A DNA stretch of 64,000 nt from Patescibacteria group bacterium (GTDB lineage Bacteria; Patescibacteriota; Saccharimonadia; CAILAD01; BJGX01): positions 1,548 through 65,547 of the forward strand of contig JAPLVO010000009.1 in the NCBI GenBank assembly GCA_026397045.1, read 5' to 3'. The notes below the pieces were generated by a model. That model was not told where the DNA came from. It ran no database searches and saw only the letters and a list, made by a program, of their open reading frames with translations. Positions 29,557 to 40,706 of this stretch are shown here, piece after piece. The stretch's first letter is position 1. The number at the start of each line of letters is the position of its first letter. Position numbers and translations under genes: made by a program.

Positions 29557-32500
29557 TCAAGCATTGCCCCCTTCCTTGCCCCTAAAGCCTGTTCCTACCG
29601 GGATTAACCGCCCGATAATAACATTCTCTTTTAGACCTCTTAAGTTATCGGACTTACCTCGCATCGCAGCTCCAATAAGAACCCTAGTGGTTTCTTGGAA
29701 TGAAGCGGCAGATAGCCAACTATCAGCCCCAGTCGAAATTTTAGTAATTGGCATTAGAAGTAGCTCATAAGTTGCAGGCTTCTTGCCCTTCTTGGACACC
29801 TTAAGGTTCTCTACCTTTAGGGATGTCTGGGAAACAACATCACCTGAAATGAAGCTTGTAGCATTTGGCTCCTCGATCATTACTCTGCTAAACATCTGGC
29901 GAATTATAACTTCGATATGCTTAGCAGCGATTGTCTGGCCCTGGCTAAGATAGATAGCCTGAACTTCATCGATGATGTATCGCTGGACTGCTTCTTCGCC
30001 ACGCAATTTAAGCATATCCTGAAGGTTTATCGGTCCTTCTGTTAACCTCTGCCCAACTTCTACGCGGCCGCCATTCTTGACTTCTAGGGCGACATATTCA
30101 CCAACAGTGTGCTCTCGAAGCCCAGCACCTAGATGCGTTAAAAGTATCTTGTCGTTATCGATCTTTACCTCGCCACTGCCGCCAGCCTTAATAGTACGCT
30201 TTCCGTCCTTACTCTCCGCAAGTACTTGGCTTCGCTCCACCATATCACCAGCTTTGACCTTGACAATCATTTCACCAAATTTATACTCAGTTACTTTTTG
30301 GTCGTCGGGTATGATTATGATGTTTTGCTTGTTGCCAGCTTTTCTAATTTGTATTGTTCCCTCGACATCTGCCAGTATAGCCTGCCCTTTGGGGCTTCTT
30401 ACTTCAAATATCTCTTCAACTCTAGGTAGACCCTGAGTGATGTCTTCGGTGGCGATACCTCCTGCGTGCATAGTTCGCATAGTAAGCTGGGTGCCGGGCT
30501 CTCCGATACTTTGAGCAGCTATAATACCAACTGCCTCGCCGTGCCTTATAGGCTTTCCAGAGCCTAAATCTAGGCCGTAGCACTGAGCACAGACACCCCA
30601 CAAGCTCTTGCACTTAAGAACTGATCTGATCTTAACAGTATCGATCCCAAGATCGTTAATCTTTTTGGCTACATCCGGCAGGATTAGATCGCCCTTTTTA
30701 ATTAGTGTTTTGCCTGTTGCTGGGTCGACAATCTTTTCATGGATATTTCTTCCCGCTAACCATGCTCCAATGCCCTCTTCACCAGCTGCTTCAGCCTCAG
30801 CCCTGGTGATTAGATAGCCTTCCTTATCTCCACAATCATCTTCAGATATTACAATATCTTGGCTTACATCTACTAGGCGTCGGGTTAGGTAGCCAGATTC
30901 AGCAGTCCTAAGGGCTGTGTCGGTAAGGCCCTTGCGAGCTCCATGAGTGCTAATAAAGTACTCAAGCACAGACAAACCATCTTTGTAGTTAGATCTAATT
31001 GGCAGCTCGATAGTTCGTCCAGACGGGTTGAGCATCAAACCAAGCATTCCGGCCATTTGATTAACCTGCGCCATTGTTGTGCGTGCCCCAGATTCCATGT
31101 CTAGCGTAAGGGTGGATTCACTGCTTGTAAGAGTATCTACTAAGGATTTCTCTACCGCGACTCCTACTTCCTTCCAGGCAATGATTGTTTTCTGATAGCG
31201 CTCTTCATCTGTAATTAGACCTTGGTTGTACTGGCTAGCGTAACCAACTACCTTGGCCTCTCCTTCGCTGATAATACCAGCTCGGTCCTCTGGTACGACA
31301 AGATCATCCATCCCGATAGAAATTCCTGATAATGTGGCGTACTTAAAGCCTAGATCCTTCACATCGTCAGATAAATCTGCCGTGGCGTTTACTCCGAAGA
31401 CATCAAATACCTCGGCCATTACTTTTTTAAGCTTAGATTTGGTCATTGGGTCGTTCTGGTAGCTCATACCCTCAGGGAGTACCTCATTAAATAGCAGCCT
31501 ACCAGCCGTAGTATCAATGATTTGATACTCATCCTTATTTATTTCATGCGCTATCCTTACTTTAATATTAGCTCGTAAATCTACGATACCCTCTTGATGT
31601 GCTAGGACGGCTGCGTCGGAGTTTTCAAAAATCTTGCCTTCGCCCTTAGAACCAGCCTTAGAAGAAGTCATAAAGTAACAGCCCAGCACGATGTCTTTGC
31701 TTGGATTGACTACTGGCTCACCAGAAGATGGCTTGAGTAGATTATGGCGCGAGAGCATGATATCTCGTGCTTCAGCCTGGGCTGCATCACCTAGAGGAAC
31801 ATGAACTGCCATTTGATCTCCATCGAAATCAGCATTAAAGGCCGCACACACCATTGGGTGGAGCTGGATAGCCTTACCTTCGATTAAAGTTGGCTTAAAA
31901 GCCTGGATGCCTAATCTGTGAAGAGTGGGTGCTCGATTAAGAAGCACATACTTACCGGCGATTACATCGTCGAGTGTGTCCCATACTTCAGTGCGTGCTC
32001 TTTCAATCATTCTCGATGCGCTCTTAACATTATGTGCATAGCCTCGATCGATTAACTGGCCTATCACAAAAGGCTTGAATAGTTCTAGGGCCATCATCTT
32101 GGGGATACCGCATTGATCTAGCTTTAAGTGGGGCCCGATTACAATTACGGATCGGCCAGAATAGTCCACTCGTTTGCCAAGAAGGTTTTGACGGAATCTT
32201 CCCTGTTTTCCCTTAAGTAAATCAGTTAGGCTTTTGAGTTTTTTGCGACTGCCGGCTGCCGATACTGCTCTATCTCGCCTAGCATTGTTGTCTATTAGGG
32301 CATCGACTGCCTCCTGAAGCATACGCTTCTCATTGCGGCAAATTACTTCTGGAGCTTGTAGCCTATAGAGCTTCTTGAGTCGATTATTTCGATTTATGAC
32401 TCTTCGATAAAGATCATTAAGATCTGATGCGGCAAATCGGCCACCATCAAGCTGTACCATAGGTCTAAGGTCTGGGGGGATAACTGGCAGCTGACTTGTT

Positions 32501-33369
32501 ATCAGCCACTCTGGCCGAAGTTGAGCCTGCATCATGCCTTCGACTAGCTTAAGTCGTTTTAGGGCTTTTTTCTTCTTTTGACCAATTGTGTTTTCAGATT
32601 CGTCTTTGAGGCTCTTTGTGAGTTTCTTTAGATCTACTTCAGCCAGTAACTGCTGAACTGCCTCTGCACCAATACCAGCCTTAAAGACATGCCCAAATTT
32701 TTGATTTAATTCTCTGTAACGGCCTTCTGGCAATAGTTCGCTCTTGGCTAGATTGGTAAGGTCAGATTTAGCGGTGGTATAAGAGTTGTCTAGCTCGGCA
32801 AGCTCATTGATAACTTCGTCGCTGAGAACTTCCTTATCGGGGTTCTTTATCTCATATTTCGTTAAAATAGCCTTGCGTCTACTCTTGAAATCTACATCCA
32901 GCTCCTTAAGGGACTCAGACTTGGCCTTTTCATCCACATCGGTTACTACAAAGTTAGCGAAATAAACAACCCTCTCTAGGTCTCTAACCCCAATATTTAG
33001 AATTAAGCTAATCGGGCTTGGAGTCCCCCTCAAGAACCAAATATGCGTGACGGGTACGGCTAAAGTGATATGCCCCATGCGCTCTCGTCTCACAATACTT
33101 CTTGTTACCAATACACCGCACTTGTCGCAGGCAATGCCTTTGTAGCGAATGCCTTTGTACTTACCGCAGTAACATTGCCAGTCTTTTGTTGGTCCAAAAA
33201 TCTTTTCGCAGAATAAGCCATCTTTCTCTGGTTTTTGAGTCCTGTAGTTAATGGTTTCTGGCTTAGTTACTTCTCCGTGAGACCAATCTAGGATTGTCTC
33301 TGGCGATGCAACTGAAAGTCGGATTCCATCAAAATCCAAAATCATTTGTTCGTTTGCGCTAATATTCAT
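29557..33369 (-). CDS. rpoC: RNA polymerase beta' subunit
   Basis: NADFDGD, KPETINYRT and GEPGTQLT motifs. Confidence 0.98.
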   Translation of the reverse strand: MNISANEQMILDFDGIRLSVASPETILDWSHGEVTKPETINYRTQKPEKDGLFCEKIFGPTKDWQCYCGKYKGIRYKGIACDKCGVLVTRSIVRRERMGHITLAVPVTHIWFLRGTPSPISLILNIGVRDLERVVYFANFVVTDVDEKAKSESLKELDVDFKSRRKAILTKYEIKNPDKEVLSDEVINELAELDNSYTTAKSDLTNLAKSELLPEGRYRELNQKFGHVFKAGIGAEAVQQLLAEVDLKKLTKSLKDESENTIGQKKKKALKRLKLVEGMMQAQLRPEWLITSQLPVIPPDLRPMVQLDGGRFAASDLNDLYRRVINRNNRLKKLYRLQAPEVICRNEKRMLQEAVDALIDNNARRDRAVSAAGSRKKLKSLTDLLKGKQGRFRQNLLGKRVDYSGRSVIVIGPHLKLDQCGIPKMMALELFKPFVIGQLIDRGYAHNVKSASRMIERARTEVWDTLDDVIAGKYVLLNRAPTLHRLGIQAFKPTLIEGKAIQLHPMVCAAFNADFDGDQMAVHVPLGDAAQAEARDIMLSRHNLLKPSSGEPVVNPSKDIVLGCYFMTSSKAGSKGEGKIFENSDAAVLAHQEGIVDLRANIKVRIAHEINKDEYQIIDTTAGRLLFNEVLPEGMSYQNDPMTKSKLKKVMAEVFDVFGVNATADLSDDVKDLGFKYATLSGISIGMDDLVVPEDRAGIISEGEAKVVGYASQYNQGLITDEERYQKTIIAWKEVGVAVEKSLVDTLTSSESTLTLDMESGARTTMAQVNQMAGMLGLMLNPSGRTIELPIRSNYKDGLSVLEYFISTHGARKGLTDTALRTAESGYLTRRLVDVSQDIVISEDDCGDKEGYLITRAEAEAAGEEGIGAWLAGRNIHEKIVDPATGKTLIKKGDLILPDVAKKINDLGIDTVKIRSVLKCKSLWGVCAQCYGLDLGSGKPIRHGEAVGIIAAQSIGEPGTQLTMRTMHAGGIATEDITQGLPRVEEIFEVRSPKGQAILADVEGTIQIRKAGNKQNIIIIPDDQKVTEYKFGEMIVKVKAGDMVERSQVLAESKDGKRTIKAGGSGEVKIDNDKILLTHLGAGLREHTVGEYVALEVKNGGRVEVGQRLTEGPINLQDMLKLRGEEAVQRYIIDEVQAIYLSQGQTIAAKHIEVIIRQMFSRVMIEEPNATSFISGDVVSQTSLKVENLKVSKKGKKPATYELLLMPITKISTGADSWLSAASFQETTRVLIGAAMRGKSDNLRGLKENVIIGRLIPVGTGFRGKEGGNA

Positions 33370-33373
33370 TGGT

Positions 33374-36300
33374 CTAGCCTTCCTTCTCGGTTAATTTGGT
33401 ATCATTATCAGCTAGGGCTTCAAAATCATCCTCGGATCCATCAGAGGCGAGGTTCACTATCGCTTCGCCCTCGGCGGCTTTATCGCCCTCCATGAGTACG
33501 GTTGAGCCAAGCTCATCAGCTTCAATTTCAAGGCCTTTCTCTAGTAGCTCTTCGGCTGGCATAACCTGTGATGTCTTGGGTTTCTCTAGTTCAACATCTA
33601 ATCCCAAGCTCTGCAGCTCCTTAACTAACACATTGAATGATTCAGGTATTCTTGGCCCCTTTATCTCATCATTCTTAATTATTGATTCATAGGCTTTACT
33701 TCTGCCAATTACATCATCAGATTTTATAGTAAGTATTTCCTGGAGTGTATTGGCTGCGCCGTATGCTTCAAGAGCCCAAACTTCCATCTCTCCGAATCTC
33801 TGTCCACCCATTTGAGCTTTACCGCCAAGTGGTTGCTGGGTAACCATAGCGTATGGCCCAGTTGATCTTGCATGGATCTTATCATCAACCATATGCTGAA
33901 GTTTCAGCATATACTTATAGCCAATTGTAGTGGTTTCTGCGAATGGCTCACCGGTATAGCCATGGAATAGCTGAGCTTTGCCATCTTCAGGTAGGCCTGC
34001 CTTCTTAAGCTCTGCTTTGATTTGGTCTACCTTAACTCCGTCAAACACAGGGGAGGCAACTCGGTAGCCTAGTGCCTGAGCCGCCCATCCTAGGTGAGTT
34101 TCTAGTATCTGGCCAATATTCATACGAGCACCTACACCTAGTGGGTTTAGAATAATGTCTACTGGTGTGCCATCGTCTAGATAGGGCATGTCTTCAATAG
34201 GTAATATCTTACTAATTACGCCCTTATTACCGTGCCGTCCAGCCATCTTATCGCCAACTGATATTTTTCTAAGCTGTGCAACAGCTACATATATTTGGCT
34301 AATTACACCAGCTGGGAGGTCATCCCCGGCCTCTCTACTAAGTATCTTCACCTCGACTACTTTTCCTGCAGTACCATTTGGCAACCTCAAGCTAGTGTCC
34401 TTTACATCTCTAGCTTTTTCGCCAAATATGGCCCTAAGAAGCCGCTCTTCACTGGATAAATCGGTCTCCCCCTTAGGTGTTATCTTACCTACTAGGATAT
34501 CGCCGGCCTCTACTTCAGCTCCTATTCGTACCACACCTTCATCGTCAAGGTCCTTAAGGCTGTCTTCAGATACATTTGGGATATCCCTAGTTATAACTTC
34601 GGCACCTAGCTTCGTGTCTCGGACATCTACTTGGTGGGTTTCAATATGTATTGAAGTATACCTATCATCTTGAACGAGTCTTTGGGAGACTATAATGGCA
34701 TCTTCGTAGTTTAAGCCTTCAAATGGCATAAATGCCACCAATACATTCTGCCCTAGAGCTAACTCACCTTCTTTAGTACTCATTCCATCTGCTAGGATAT
34801 CGTCTCTCTTGACCATCTGGCCTGAGGAAACCACAGTGCGCTGATGCATTGACGACCCTTGGTTAGATCGAACGAAATTGATCAGCTTGTAAGATTTCCT
34901 GCCTGCTTTCTTGTACTTGACGACTATTTCTTTGGCATCAGCTGAAAGTACTTCGCCATCTTCTTGGGCTAAAATTACTTGCCCAGAGTCCTCTGCAACC
35001 CTTCCCTCTACACCAGTTCCGACAATCGGGGCTTCTGGCTTAATAAGAGCTACTGCTTGGCGCTGCATGTTCGCACCCATTAGAGTTCTTTTGGCATTAT
35101 CGTGCTCGAGGAATGGGATTAAGGCAGCTGATACCCCAACTACTTGGTTAGAGCTGATATCCATGTAATCGACATTATTGGCATCTTCTTCATCGGCCTC
35201 ACCACCAACACCCCTTACTGGTACGCGGGGCTGGACAAAGTAGCCCTTATCGTCGGTTGGCGTCTGCGCCTGGGCTATCACAGCCTTCTCTTCATCAGTA
35301 GCATCAAGGTATACGATTTCAGATGTAGCGCGTGCTTTTATTCTGACGGCACTTGTGCCGGATTTTTCTATTGCCTTAGCCAGAGTAGCAGTTATTTTAT
35401 CGCCTGCCTTAACAATCACCTTGCCACCCTCAGAAATAGTCCTGGAGGAAAATTCTCCTACTGAATCCTTAACGGCAACTTCATTTATAACTTTGAAGTA
35501 TGGAGTCTCGATGAATCCATACTCGTTTACTTGGGCGTATGTGGCCAAAGTGCTTACCAGCCCAATATTTGGCCCTTCTGGGGTTTCGATAGGACAAATT
35601 CGTCCGTAGTGAGTTCTGTGTACATCACGAACTTCGAATCCAGCACGCTCACGACTCAATCCACCAGGGCCCATTGCGTTTAGTCGTCGCTTGTGGACGA
35701 TCTCGGCTAATGGGTTGATCTGATCCATGAACTGACTCAATTGGTGACTAGCAAAGAACTCTTTAACGCTAGCCACAATCGGGCGCACATTGATTAACTG
35801 TCCAGGGATAATAGTCTCTGGATCGGCAATACTCATTCGATCTTTTACTATTCTCTCCATTCGCAGCAGGCCGACTCGGAAACGACCCTGAATTAGTTCC
35901 CCTACCATCTTTAGTCGGCGATTCCCTAGGTGGTCGATATCTTCTGAAGGCATATTACTATTGCTAAGCTTGATTATCTCGGTGATAATCCCGATAAGGT
36001 CTTCTTTTCTAAGTACTCTTCCGTCAGGGTTATTCTTAACATTAACGCCGAATCTTTTATTGAGCTTGTAGCGCCCTACTTTGCTAAGATCGTAGCGCTT
36101 AAAATCAAAAAACATACTATCCAGTAAAGCCTTGGAATTTTCAACTGTTGCTAGATCGCCAGGCCTAATCCTACGATATACCTCCATAAGTGCCTCTGCT
36201 GTAGTGCTAGTTGGGTCCTTGGAAAGTGTCTCTTCGATCAGCTTTACTTCCCCGCTATCAGCATCCTTAAATATCTCCTTAATCTCGGTATCTGTGCCAA

Positions 36301-36877
36301 ACCCAAATGCTCTAAGAAGTGTAGTAACTGGAAGCTTACGCTTTCGGTCTATCTTGACACTCATAACACCATTTTGAGCAGTTTCTATTTCTAGCCATGC
36401 GCCACGATATGGGATAATTTTGGCCGAAAAATAATCAGCAGTGCCATCGCGCGTGAAGAATACACCTGGGCTGCGTAGCAACTGGCTCACGACAACTCGC
36501 TCTACGCCATTGATGATGAAGGTGCCACGAGCAGTCATAATTGGGTAGTCGCCTAAGAAAATCTCTTGGATTTTTACTTCACCTGTTTCCTTGATTATCA
36601 ATTCTATAGTTGCTTTAAGTGATGCCTCATAGCTGAGGTTCTTCTCTTTAGCGAGCTCTTCGGTAACTTTGGCTTGGTCGAACTTATAACTTTTAAAGTT
36701 TAGCTCATACTTTTTGCCAGTAAAGTCCTCTATTGGCGAGATTTCTTCAAACAGTTCTTTAAGGCCTTCTTCAAAGAACCAATTGTAGGAATCCAGCTGA
36801 ATCTTTATAAGATCAGGTAGTTTTAGTGGTGTGGTCTGACTGTTAAGGTAAATTCTAGCACTGGCTGACTTTGCCAT
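33374..36877 (-). CDS. rpoB: RNA polymerase beta subunit
   Basis: [18 protein letters not shown] and GGQRFGEME; likely start MAKS (36877) behind a GAGGAG SD. Confidence 0.98.
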   Translation of the reverse strand: MAKSASARIYLNSQTTPLKLPDLIKIQLDSYNWFFEEGLKELFEEISPIEDFTGKKYELNFKSYKFDQAKVTEELAKEKNLSYEASLKATIELIIKETGEVKIQEIFLGDYPIMTARGTFIINGVERVVVSQLLRSPGVFFTRDGTADYFSAKIIPYRGAWLEIETAQNGVMSVKIDRKRKLPVTTLLRAFGFGTDTEIKEIFKDADSGEVKLIEETLSKDPTSTTAEALMEVYRRIRPGDLATVENSKALLDSMFFDFKRYDLSKVGRYKLNKRFGVNVKNNPDGRVLRKEDLIGIITEIIKLSNSNMPSEDIDHLGNRRLKMVGELIQGRFRVGLLRMERIVKDRMSIADPETIIPGQLINVRPIVASVKEFFASHQLSQFMDQINPLAEIVHKRRLNAMGPGGLSRERAGFEVRDVHRTHYGRICPIETPEGPNIGLVSTLATYAQVNEYGFIETPYFKVINEVAVKDSVGEFSSRTISEGGKVIVKAGDKITATLAKAIEKSGTSAVRIKARATSEIVYLDATDEEKAVIAQAQTPTDDKGYFVQPRVPVRGVGGEADEEDANNVDYMDISSNQVVGVSAALIPFLEHDNAKRTLMGANMQRQAVALIKPEAPIVGTGVEGRVAEDSGQVILAQEDGEVLSADAKEIVVKYKKAGRKSYKLINFVRSNQGSSMHQRTVVSSGQMVKRDDILADGMSTKEGELALGQNVLVAFMPFEGLNYEDAIIVSQRLVQDDRYTSIHIETHQVDVRDTKLGAEVITRDIPNVSEDSLKDLDDEGVVRIGAEVEAGDILVGKITPKGETDLSSEERLLRAIFGEKARDVKDTSLRLPNGTAGKVVEVKILSREAGDDLPAGVISQIYVAVAQLRKISVGDKMAGRHGNKGVISKILPIEDMPYLDDGTPVDIILNPLGVGARMNIGQILETHLGWAAQALGYRVASPVFDGVKVDQIKAELKKAGLPEDGKAQLFHGYTGEPFAETTTIGYKYMLKLQHMVDDKIHARSTGPYAMVTQQPLGGKAQMGGQRFGEMEVWALEAYGAANTLQEILTIKSDDVIGRSKAYESIIKNDEIKGPRIPESFNVLVKELQSLGLDVELEKPKTSQVMPAEELLEKGLEIEADELGSTVLMEGDKAAEGEAIVNLASDGSEDDFEALADNDTKLTEKEG

Positions 36878-36927
36878 ATATTGTAGTGTCTCCTCTTGCA
36901 TTACTTAATTTGTTAATAAGATGAAGA

Positions 36928-37049
36928 AGAGGTTTTTCTAAACAGATAAAAAACCGATATATTCCGAATCCCACCGAAATTTACCCGTTATAAAAGTTTA
37001 AGCGTCCTCTATAAAGATAAATACTAGACTAATATTGGATGCTAGTCAA
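36928..37049 (-). promoter_or_regulatory. rpoB promoter and long hairpin leader
   Basis: TTGACT-N17-TAGTAT (37021-37049); nested inverted repeats at 36928-37010. Confidence 0.55.
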
Positions 37050-37067
37050 TAGTTTTAAGGTGTTAAA

Positions 37068-37658
37068 TTACTTCTTTTCGACGACCTTATCGACTATGCC
37101 GTAGCTTTTGGCTTCGTTGGCATCCATCCAGAAATCACGATCGCTGTCGTTGGTTATTTTAGACACTTTCTGGCCTGTTTTTTCAGATAGAATTATATTT
37201 AGCTTTTCGCGGATTTTAATGATCTCTTTGGCTGTTATTTCGATATCCGAAGCAGTACCCTGGAAACCACCCGAGGGCTGATGGATCATTATTCTAGAGT
37301 TGGGCAGCGAAAACCTCTTGCCTTTTTGCCCGCAAGCCATCAGAAATGCCCCCATACTTGCGGCCATACCAACACAAATTGTACTAACATCCGGATTTAT
37401 CAATTCCATGGTATCAAATATTGCCATTCCAGCAGTAACACTCCCTCCGGGCGAATTAATATACAATTTGATATCTGCATGCTTATCCTCGCTCTCAAGA
37501 AACAAAAGCTGAGCGATGACTAAGTTAGCTACAGTGTCATCTACCTCTGTTCCCAGGAATATTATCCTCTCTTTTAGCAAGCGAGAATATATATCATAGG
37601 CGCGCTCGCCCATACTGGTCTTCTCTATGACTGTGGGGATTAGTATCTGTCCGTTCAT
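37068..37658 (-). CDS. clpP: ATP-dependent Clp protease proteolytic subunit
   Basis: [19 protein letters not shown] and MIHQP motifs. Confidence 0.97.
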   Translation of the reverse strand: MNGQILIPTVIEKTSMGERAYDIYSRLLKERIIFLGTEVDDTVANLVIAQLLFLESEDKHADIKLYINSPGGSVTAGMAIFDTMELINPDVSTICVGMAASMGAFLMACGQKGKRFSLPNSRIMIHQPSGGFQGTASDIEITAKEIIKIREKLNIILSEKTGQKVSKITNDSDRDFWMDANEAKSYGIVDKVVEKK

Positions 37659-37677
37659 ATAGCTATTTTAGCACGAA

Positions 37678-38955
37678 TTAGCTACTTGCGAACTCTACGA
37701 GCTTAGCAATCGCCTTTTGGGTAAGTAGGTGATTGCGCAAATCATCCTGAAAATGACCGTGAGTGAGTTCTTCTTGAATTTTAGGGTCGCTTTTGTACTG
37801 TTCGGTCATTTTTGAAAGCTCTTGTTCTAGTTCAATCTGGCTAACCTTGATGCCATAGGTACCTATAACATCTCTCAATAAAAGCGCTGCCGTGACTCGC
37901 TTAGTGGCTTCGTCTGTAACCTCTTTTTTAAGATCATCCTCGGTTCGCTTTTGCATTTCAGCGTATTTTTTACGATTTAATCCAGAATTATGGAGGTTTT
38001 TATCCATCTCGCTCTCTAGTTGCTCTGCTTGCTGGGCAATTAGTTGCTCTGGAGCCTCAAATTTAGCCTTGGTCAGAAGTGCGTCGAGGATAGCGTTTTC
38101 ATAATCTTTATCTGCCTGTTCCTGATATTGCTCTTGCAGAACTTTTTCGATGTCTAGCCTAAGAGCTTTAACATCAGTCTTGTTGCCCACTAGCTTGGCA
38201 AATTCGTCATCTAGCTTTGGCAGCTCAACAGACTGAATGCTGTTAATTTTGATACTAAACTCTACCTTAGCCCCCTTCAAATCCTCAGAATGATAGTCTT
38301 TCGGGAAGGTTATCTCGAAAGTCTTCTCTTCATCCTCTTTTAATCCTATTAGGTTTTCTTCAAAGCCTGGTATAAAAGTGCCTTGGCCCAAAATCAGAGT
38401 GTGGTTTTTGGCAGCTGCACCTTCGACTGGCTTACCCTTTCTTACCCCTTCAAAGTCAAATTTAACTTCATCTCCATTTTGAGCTGGTTTACCAGTGGCA
38501 ACTCTTTTAGCCATCTGCTGGCGCAGGTTTTCAATGGCCTCATCGACTTTTGCTTTATCAACTTTGAGTGCTGGCTTTTTAACTCTTAGCTTGGAGTAGT
38601 CATATTCAATTTTAGGCATTATAGGAAATTCAGCAGAGAACTCAAGTTCGCTATAAGGAACGAACTTCTTCAGATCAATACTTGGAGATCCAAGGCTCTC
38701 TATCTTTTTCTCACGCATTTGATTCTTGTAGGCGTTATCTATTACTTCTTCAAGCACTTCGGCTTGGACTCGTGCTTCACCGAGTTCACGAATTACGATG
38801 TTATCGGGTGCATGGCCAGGCCTAAAACCGTCGACCTTAAGGTCTTTTTTGAGGCGCTTTAATACTACCTGCTTATAAGGGTCAATGAATTGCCCATCGA
38901 CCGTAATGGTCAATGTCATTGTGCTGCCGGACTTTTTATGTGTAGATTTGATCAT
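37678..38955 (-). CDS. tig: Trigger factor
   Basis: GFRPG signature and FIPGFEE FKBP domain; upstream of clpP. Confidence 0.95.
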   Translation of the reverse strand: MIKSTHKKSGSTMTLTITVDGQFIDPYKQVVLKRLKKDLKVDGFRPGHAPDNIVIRELGEARVQAEVLEEVIDNAYKNQMREKKIESLGSPSIDLKKFVPYSELEFSAEFPIMPKIEYDYSKLRVKKPALKVDKAKVDEAIENLRQQMAKRVATGKPAQNGDEVKFDFEGVRKGKPVEGAAAKNHTLILGQGTFIPGFEENLIGLKEDEEKTFEITFPKDYHSEDLKGAKVEFSIKINSIQSVELPKLDDEFAKLVGNKTDVKALRLDIEKVLQEQYQEQADKDYENAILDALLTKAKFEAPEQLIAQQAEQLESEMDKNLHNSGLNRKKYAEMQKRTEDDLKKEVTDEATKRVTAALLLRDVIGTYGIKVSQIELEQELSKMTEQYKSDPKIQEELTHGHFQDDLRNHLLTQKAIAKLVEFASS

Positions 38956-39027
38956 AACGCTGACAAGTATATCAGATTGAAATAATATTTTCTAGTACCA
39001 AAATAGTATGGTTTTTTACTGATGTAG

Positions 39028-39057
39028 GTTTGGTTTACTCTACCGCAGAAGACTAGA
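39028..39057. repeat. 30-bp repeat B, copy 1
   Basis: 26/30 identical to 40675-40704; lies just downstream of the cupin stop codon. Confidence 0.75.
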
Positions 39058-39067
39058 AAGGGTAATA

Positions 39068-39460
39068 CTAATCTACCCTGATGTGGTCTTCTTTTGTCCA
39101 TCCCGGTACAGAATATAGTTCTACTAGCGATTTTCCATCACTGGTTGCCCAATGAGTTTTTCCTGGTGTAACCACAAACTTATCACCTTGTTTTAGTTGT
39201 ATTGCTTCATCTTCTACATGAAGCACCATGCTTCCTGTTATTACAGTGTATCGCTGGGTCATTTTTAAATGTTTATGAGGCTTGCTTTTAATAATTATTT
39301 CTATGGCAGTATCGTATTCGGGATGCTCGCTAACAGGCTCTACTTCACATACAAAATGCAAACCTCGACCATCCAAGTCGTAACTGTCTTTTGTGGGATA
39401 TTTTTCTTGGAGTAGAGCCAGGATACGCTTTGTACGTTCATTAATAGTTTCATTATTCAT
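39068..39460 (-). CDS. Cupin-domain protein
   Basis: PHKH....YTVITGSM and L..GD.....PG..HW cupin motifs. Confidence 0.8.
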   Translation of the reverse strand: MNNETINERTKRILALLQEKYPTKDSYDLDGRGLHFVCEVEPVSEHPEYDTAIEIIIKSKPHKHLKMTQRYTVITGSMVLHVEDEAIQLKQGDKFVVTPGKTHWATSDGKSLVELYSVPGWTKEDHIRVD

Positions 39461-39463
39461 ACT

Positions 39464-39549
39464 TACATCATATCAGACAAATAAAAAATGACCCCAGTAA
39501 TGAGGTCATAATTCATAGGCTTGGTAGTCCAAGCACATTTGAATTGGAA
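39464..39549. repeat. 86-bp repeat A, copy 1 (tRNA-end mimic, terminator, -10 element)
   Basis: 83/86 identical to 40536-40621. Confidence 0.92.
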
Positions 39550-39638
39550 TGTACTGCTTGTGGAGCTGTCTCGGTGGCTGCACTTCAATAGGTGCGGGCT
39601 AGTAATTACTTAGACATGCGGGTTATTACAGAAAATTA

Positions 39639-40532
39639 CTATAATGTGCCTTTTTTTGAGTTGTAATCTCTAATGTATGGAATCGCTGATGCAATAATTA
39701 TTGCTGATGCACCCAGCATTATTGTTGTGCTAAGTTTTTCGTTAAAGAGTATAATTCCAAAAACTAGTCCGAATACTATTTCTAACAATCCCAAAATGCC
39801 TGCCGCGCCAGCATCAATAAGTTTCATCCCACTAACAAGTGACCATGAAGCAATTACTGATGCTATCGCAAATAATACTAGATAAACCCACTCAATATGG
39901 AGTCCTATCTTCGGTATAGACTCTTTTAGTAAAAATGCCATGATGAAATTCGCAAAAATAGATGTAATCCATAAAATCAACGTAGACTGCGTAGCATTAT
40001 ATTTCTGTTTTTTAGCACAAATCATTGTAAGAGCCACAGAAACACCACTAATAATCGCAAAACCTAGTGCTAATCTGTTAAATCCTGTTGATTTTGGAGA
40101 AAAGATTAACATTAATCCTAAAAATCCTAATAAAGCTGCTATTGCTTTATCTTTTGTAAAACGTTCATTTGAAAATAACCAACCAAAGAAGAATAGGCCA
40201 ATAACCATACAGGCATAGCTCACCGTAAGACTGATTCCGACACCTGCTTGTTGGATAGCGTAATAGAGAGGTCCCCATGTGAATAATGATCCTATAAACA
40301 TTCCTGTTATTGATTTCCAGTTTTGATTAATCTTTAATGGTTCAAGACGATTTCTAAAAATAGCTATAGGTAGCAAAGTTAGAACAACCAATATACTACG
40401 AAGTGCAGACGCCGTATAACCATCAAAAAAGCTACCCATAAGTTTTGTCCATATCCCATAGCTGGCATAAAAAACTGAGGAAAGTACTACTAAGCTTGCA
40501 CCCACGGGTGCTTTAGATTTGTTTTTCACCAT
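39639..40532 (-). CDS. DMT/EamA-family transporter
   Basis: About 10 TM helices in two repeats with F.NE motifs; visibly more AT-rich than the core genes. Confidence 0.88.
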   Translation of the reverse strand: MVKNKSKAPVGASLVVLSSVFYASYGIWTKLMGSFFDGYTASALRSILVVLTLLPIAIFRNRLEPLKINQNWKSITGMFIGSLFTWGPLYYAIQQAGVGISLTVSYACMVIGLFFFGWLFSNERFTKDKAIAALLGFLGLMLIFSPKSTGFNRLALGFAIISGVSVALTMICAKKQKYNATQSTLILWITSIFANFIMAFLLKESIPKIGLHIEWVYLVLFAIASVIASWSLVSGMKLIDAGAAGILGLLEIVFGLVFGIILFNEKLSTTIMLGASAIIIASAIPYIRDYNSKKGTL

Positions 40533-40535
40533 AAA

Positions 40536-40621
40536 TACATCATATCAGACAAATAAAAAATGACCCCAGTAATGAGGTCATAATTCATAGGCTTGGTAGC
40601 CCAAGTACATTCGAATTGGAA
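40536..40621. repeat. 86-bp repeat A, copy 2
   Basis: 83/86 identical to 39464-39549. Confidence 0.92.
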
Positions 40622-40674
40622 GCTTAAACTGCCAGAGCTTTCTAGGTGTACGCAGCTTAGCAGGAATGTATCAA

Positions 40675-40704
40675 GTTTGGTCTAATCTACCGCACGAGAC
40701 TAGA
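40675..40704. repeat. 30-bp repeat B, copy 2
   Basis: 26/30 identical to 39028-39057; lies just downstream of the aldo/keto reductase stop codon. Confidence 0.75.
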
Positions 40705-40706
40705 GC

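Noticed and set aside
7129-38589. Numerous short + strand ORFs opposite ribosomal, RNAP and elongation factor genes
   Set aside because: They are antisense to conserved genes and have no motifs of their own.
39464-40704. Repeats considered as a CRISPR array or IS ends
   Set aside because: Only two copies about 1 kb apart flanking whole genes; no cas genes, transposase or terminal inverted repeats.
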